In this document: piece by piece, positions 60,353 to 64,000 of the stretch
How the letters are laid out: each line of letters starts with the position of its first letter
Numbering within the stretch: the stretch's first letter is position 1
Source: an uncultured Acidobacteriota bacterium
GTDB lineage: Bacteria > Acidobacteriota > Terriglobia > UBA7540
Assembly (NCBI GenBank): GCA_963804995.1
Contig: CAWDSK010000002.1
Span: forward strand, 734,443-798,442
Length of the DNA stretch: 64,000 nucleotides
Direction: 5' to 3'
Notes under the pieces: generated by a model
Database searches by the model: none
Told to the model about the DNA's origin: nothing
Seen by the model: only the letters and a program-made list of their open reading frames with translations
Program-made: the position numbers and the translations under genes

Positions 60353-63300
60353 ATGGACCGTAGAGGTGCATACATACGGGCGGTGGTGTGGGTGTTCGCA
60401 TTCTTACTCATGGCGCCACTTGCCTGGGGAAGCGTAGGCGGAAGTATATCCGGGCTGGTCACCGATACTTCGGGTGCGGTCATCATCGGCGCGGAAGTGA
60501 TGTCGCGCAACGTCGCGACAGAGATCAAACAAACGACAAAGACGGACACGGCGGGGTTCTATTCGTTCCAGACCTTGCCCATCGGGCACTACGAGGTCGT
60601 CATCCGTCAGACCGGATTCAAGGAGTTTCGTGCCACAAATTTAGTGATTGACGCCAACACGGCGCTGAGGGTCGACGCGGTGCTCGAAGTGGGCGTCGTG
60701 ACTCAGGAGGTCAGTGTCTCCGCTGCGGCGGTACAAGTTGAGACGACCAACACGCAGATGGGCGAAGTGATTGGCGACATGAAGATGGAAATCACTCCCT
60801 TGAATGGGCGCAGTTACACCGACCTGATCTCCCTGCAACCCGGCGTCGTGCCGATCCAATCGGGCGACTACAACAGCAATAGTCCCTCCGGAGGCCTGAA
60901 CACGGGGACTTTCTCAGTCAGCGGGCAGCGCGAATCCGCCAATGGGTTCATGTTGAACGGCGGGAACGTGGAGGAGAGCATGTGGATGGGCACGGCCATC
61001 GTTCCCAACCTCGACTCCATCGCGGAATTCCGCATCATCACCAACAACGCGGACGCCGAGTACGGCAACTATGCCGGTGGGCTGATCAACGCCATCACCA
61101 AGTCCGGCACCAACCGCTACCATGGAGACCTCTTCGAATTCCTGCGCAATTCGGACCTGGACTCGCGAAACTTTTACGATTCCAAACGGGGCACCCTGCA
61201 CCAGAACGAGTTCGGTGCCACCATCGGCGGCCCCATCAAGCATGACCGGTTGTTCTTCTTTAGTGATTATCAAGGACAGAGGCTGGTCACCGGGCTTTCC
61301 AGCTCTCTAACCTCCGTCCCCTCCAATCCCGAACGCAGTGGGAACCTGGCCGATATCGCGAGCCAGCTTACCGGCATGGTCAAAGGCTCCTATTGGGCGG
61401 GCATCCTTTCGAACCGTCTGGGATACACGGTGACCCCCGGCGAGCCCTACTACACTACCGGATGCACCAGCTCGGCGAATTGCGTTCTGCCCAACGCGAC
61501 GATTCCGCAGTCGGCTTGGGATGCCCCTTCCTCGAAGCTGCTCGCTTACATCCCCGGGCCCGATATCGGCGCCACCAACTTCCAGACCTCCGCCTTCGAC
61601 AATACGACGCGGGACGACAAGTGGAGCTCCCGCATTGACGCGAATACGGGGATTGGGATGATATCCGGCTACTATTTCTTTGACGACTTCAGCCTGGTTA
61701 ACCCCTATGGCGGAGCGCCCTTTCCGGGGTTCTCGGCTTCGAGCCAGGGCCGCGCGCAGAATTTCAACTTTGGCGTGACCAAATCCTTTGGCGCAGGGTC
61801 GGTGAACGAATTCCGCGCCAATTACGTCCGCGACATCATCTTTTCGGGGTACCCGATCGGCGGACGGGGACCCACCGCATCCTCCCTGGGCTTCACGGTG
61901 GGATCGGGTTCGGGTGCTAGTTTCAACGGGGGATTCGTCCCCATTGACGTGCATTACCCAGGTGTTCCTACGATCGCTCTCAGCAATTTCAGTTTTGGCA
62001 TGGACGGAAACACCCGCCTGCAATACAACAACACCTATCAGCTCATGGACAACTTCTCCATTGTGCATGGAACGCATACCTTGAAGATGGGCGGCGCCGT
62101 GCACTACATGCAGATTGAAAACAATCCCACGGGCGGCGGAAACTGGGTGGGAGAGTTTATCTTCAACGGGACCGAAACCGGGAATTCCTTTGCGGATTTC
62201 CTGCTGGGATCCTCGGATGAGTATGAGGGCGGAGTGGCCCTGCCGATCTGGACCCGCAGTTGGTATTATGGCGCCTATATCCAGGATAGCTGGCGGGCCA
62301 CGAAGAATCTCACGGTCAACTACGGCCTGCGCTGGGATGTAAGCTCACCGTGGTCGGAAGCACACAATCAATTTGAGACCCTGGTTCCGGGCAAGCAGTC
62401 CCAGGTATTTCCGGGGGCGCCGCTGGGCTGGGTCTTCCCGACTGATCCCGGAATTCCGGAAACCATCGCCCCGGTGCGCCACCACAATTTTGCACCGCGC
62501 CTCGGCGTGGCTTATTCTCCCACGTGGCAGAACGGCTTCCTGGGCAAGCTTTCGGGCGGACCCGGGAAAACCAGCATTCGCGCCTCCTGGGGCATGTTCT
62601 ACACCGCTTATGAAGACGCCAACAATCTGAACGTGCAGGGCGATGCACCCTACGGCAACTTCTATGCGAGCCCCTTCAACAACCTCCTGGACTCGCCCTA
62701 TGTTAATCGCCAGACGGGCGCCGTCTCCGCCAACCCGTTTGCGAACCTTACCATCCCACCCTACAACACCAGCATCAAGCACCCGGACACCACGTTTGAC
62801 TGGTCGCCGGATGTCTATCCCGGCGGACAAATCTCCAGCTCTCCGGGTTTTGGGATTCACAATCAACTGCCCTACACCGAGCACTGGAGTCTGTCCATCG
62901 AGCGACAGTTAAGCTCCAACACGCTGTTCAGCATCGCTTACGTAGGCAGCGAATCGCATCATCTGGTAGCGGGGTTGGAGTCCAATCCCAGCAATGCCGC
63001 GCTCTGCCTCAGCTTGAGCCAACCCGCTGGGAGTGCAGCAGCTATAGCGCTAGGTATCCCCGGGGTTGTGCCTGGGACCGCAACCTGCGGGCCTCGCGGT
63101 GAAGATACTGCCTTTCAGCCCGCTGCGGGAGGGGTGGTTTTAGGCACACGCTACCCCTTCGGGATTGATTTCGGCAGTAACGATTACGTGGAATCCATGG
63201 CCAACTCCTTTTATGAGGGCATGGAGGTGTCGCTGCGGAAGACCTCGGGCCGATTGGAATATCTGTTGGGTTACACTTACAGCAAGTCTCTGGACAACTC

Positions 63301-63955
63301 GTCCTCCAACGGAAACAATGGCTCGCCCAACGGCGGGGACATGGTCAACTTTATGAACCCCAATCTCAGCCGGGCGCTTTCCGCTTTTGACATGACTCAC
63401 GTGTTCGTGGCCAGCTACAGCTACCGCATACCGTTCGACAAACTTGGCGGCCCCAAACGCTTGACCGAGGGCTGGCAGATTACCGGCATTACGCGTTTCA
63501 CCACCGGGTTGCCGATCAGCATGGAGGAGTACGACAACCATTCCCTGCTCGGCACCAACAGTGCGGGTGGCGTAGGTGTGCTGGATGTACCGAATTACCT
63601 TGGCGGAGCCCTGCATTTCACCAATCCTCGCCTGGCCAATACCAACGCCAAGACCAATCCTTACTACGACATAACCCAGTTCCCCAAGGAAGCGCTGGGT
63701 CAGCTCGGCGATGCCAACCACCGATTCTTCCATGGTCCCGGCCTCAACAACTGGGATATGGCGTTGCTGAAGGATGTACGTTTGACTGAGACGAAGCGGC
63801 TGGAGTTCCGCGGAGAGTTCTTCAACACCTTCAACCACGCCCAATTCGCGGTGCCCTCCAGACCCATCGGCTACCGAACCAATAGCTTGTTTGGTTTTGT
63901 GACCGCGGCCGAAGCTCCGCGCATCGGGCAAGTCTCTATGAAGTTCATTTTCTAG
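60353..63955 (+). CDS. TonB-dependent receptor / Oar-like outer-membrane protein with carboxypeptidase-regulatory-like N-domain
   Basis: GSISGLVTDTSGAVI, PLNGRSY, TKSGTN.YHG.LFEFLRN, QDSW, NFAPRLG, EFFNTFNH, C-terminal F. Confidence 0.92.
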   Translation: MDRRGAYIRAVVWVFAFLLMAPLAWGSVGGSISGLVTDTSGAVIIGAEVMSRNVATEIKQTTKTDTAGFYSFQTLPIGHYEVVIRQTGFKEFRATNLVIDANTALRVDAVLEVGVVTQEVSVSAAAVQVETTNTQMGEVIGDMKMEITPLNGRSYTDLISLQPGVVPIQSGDYNSNSPSGGLNTGTFSVSGQRESANGFMLNGGNVEESMWMGTAIVPNLDSIAEFRIITNNADAEYGNYAGGLINAITKSGTNRYHGDLFEFLRNSDLDSRNFYDSKRGTLHQNEFGATIGGPIKHDRLFFFSDYQGQRLVTGLSSSLTSVPSNPERSGNLADIASQLTGMVKGSYWAGILSNRLGYTVTPGEPYYTTGCTSSANCVLPNATIPQSAWDAPSSKLLAYIPGPDIGATNFQTSAFDNTTRDDKWSSRIDANTGIGMISGYYFFDDFSLVNPYGGAPFPGFSASSQGRAQNFNFGVTKSFGAGSVNEFRANYVRDIIFSGYPIGGRGPTASSLGFTVGSGSGASFNGGFVPIDVHYPGVPTIALSNFSFGMDGNTRLQYNNTYQLMDNFSIVHGTHTLKMGGAVHYMQIENNPTGGGNWVGEFIFNGTETGNSFADFLLGSSDEYEGGVALPIWTRSWYYGAYIQDSWRATKNLTVNYGLRWDVSSPWSEAHNQFETLVPGKQSQVFPGAPLGWVFPTDPGIPETIAPVRHHNFAPRLGVAYSPTWQNGFLGKLSGGPGKTSIRASWGMFYTAYEDANNLNVQGDAPYGNFYASPFNNLLDSPYVNRQTGAVSANPFANLTIPPYNTSIKHPDTTFDWSPDVYPGGQISSSPGFGIHNQLPYTEHWSLSIERQLSSNTLFSIAYVGSESHHLVAGLESNPSNAALCLSLSQPAGSAAAIALGIPGVVPGTATCGPRGEDTAFQPAAGGVVLGTRYPFGIDFGSNDYVESMANSFYEGMEVSLRKTSGRLEYLLGYTYSKSLDNSSSNGNNGSPNGGDMVNFMNPNLSRALSAFDMTHVFVASYSYRIPFDKLGGPKRLTEGWQITGITRFTTGLPISMEEYDNHSLLGTNSAGGVGVLDVPNYLGGALHFTNPRLANTNAKTNPYYDITQFPKEALGQLGDANHRFFHGPGLNNWDMALLKDVRLTETKRLEFRGEFFNTFNHAQFAVPSRPIGYRTNSLFGFVTAAEAPRIGQVSMKFIF

Positions 63956-64000
63956 TGGGGATTTTTTACCTCACTGGAACTCGATCGGTAGTTCCTGGAA

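Overview
GC-rich bacterial chromosome window, most likely Acidobacteriota (inferred from two Acidobacteria-type VWA proteins and an Oar-like TonB-dependent receptor). 1-9 kb: conserved block (TPR, ispE, tRNA-Gln, prs, rplY, pth, rpsF, rpsR, rplI, dnaB, alr). 9-15.7 kb: minus-strand his operon hisI-G-D-C-B-H-F-A under a His leader-peptide attenuator. eno and sppA follow. 20-28 kb: accessory hotspot of decayed toxin-antitoxin genes, GTAG-type REP doublets and a 1.76-kb IS whose DDE transposase appears joined to an AbrB-like OrfA by a -1 frameshift. 28-36 kb: redox genes, including a GMC flavoprotein dehydrogenase with a nine-heme cytochrome. 36-53 kb: UvrD helicase-FeS nuclease, rmuC, VWA pair, thiI, rnr, spermidine-synthase-like membrane protein, ggt. 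53-64 kb: IS1380 relic, REP-doublet-flanked 884-aa Tat protein, MFS transporter, TonB receptor. The best hidden element is a stand-alone minus-strand transcription unit (promoter, 5' hairpin, RBS, terminator) encoding only the 11-aa peptide MAAKKKAKKKR. Single-base frameshifts in hisC, sppA and two other genes suggest assembly indel errors. All family calls come from motif recognition by eye; no searches were run.
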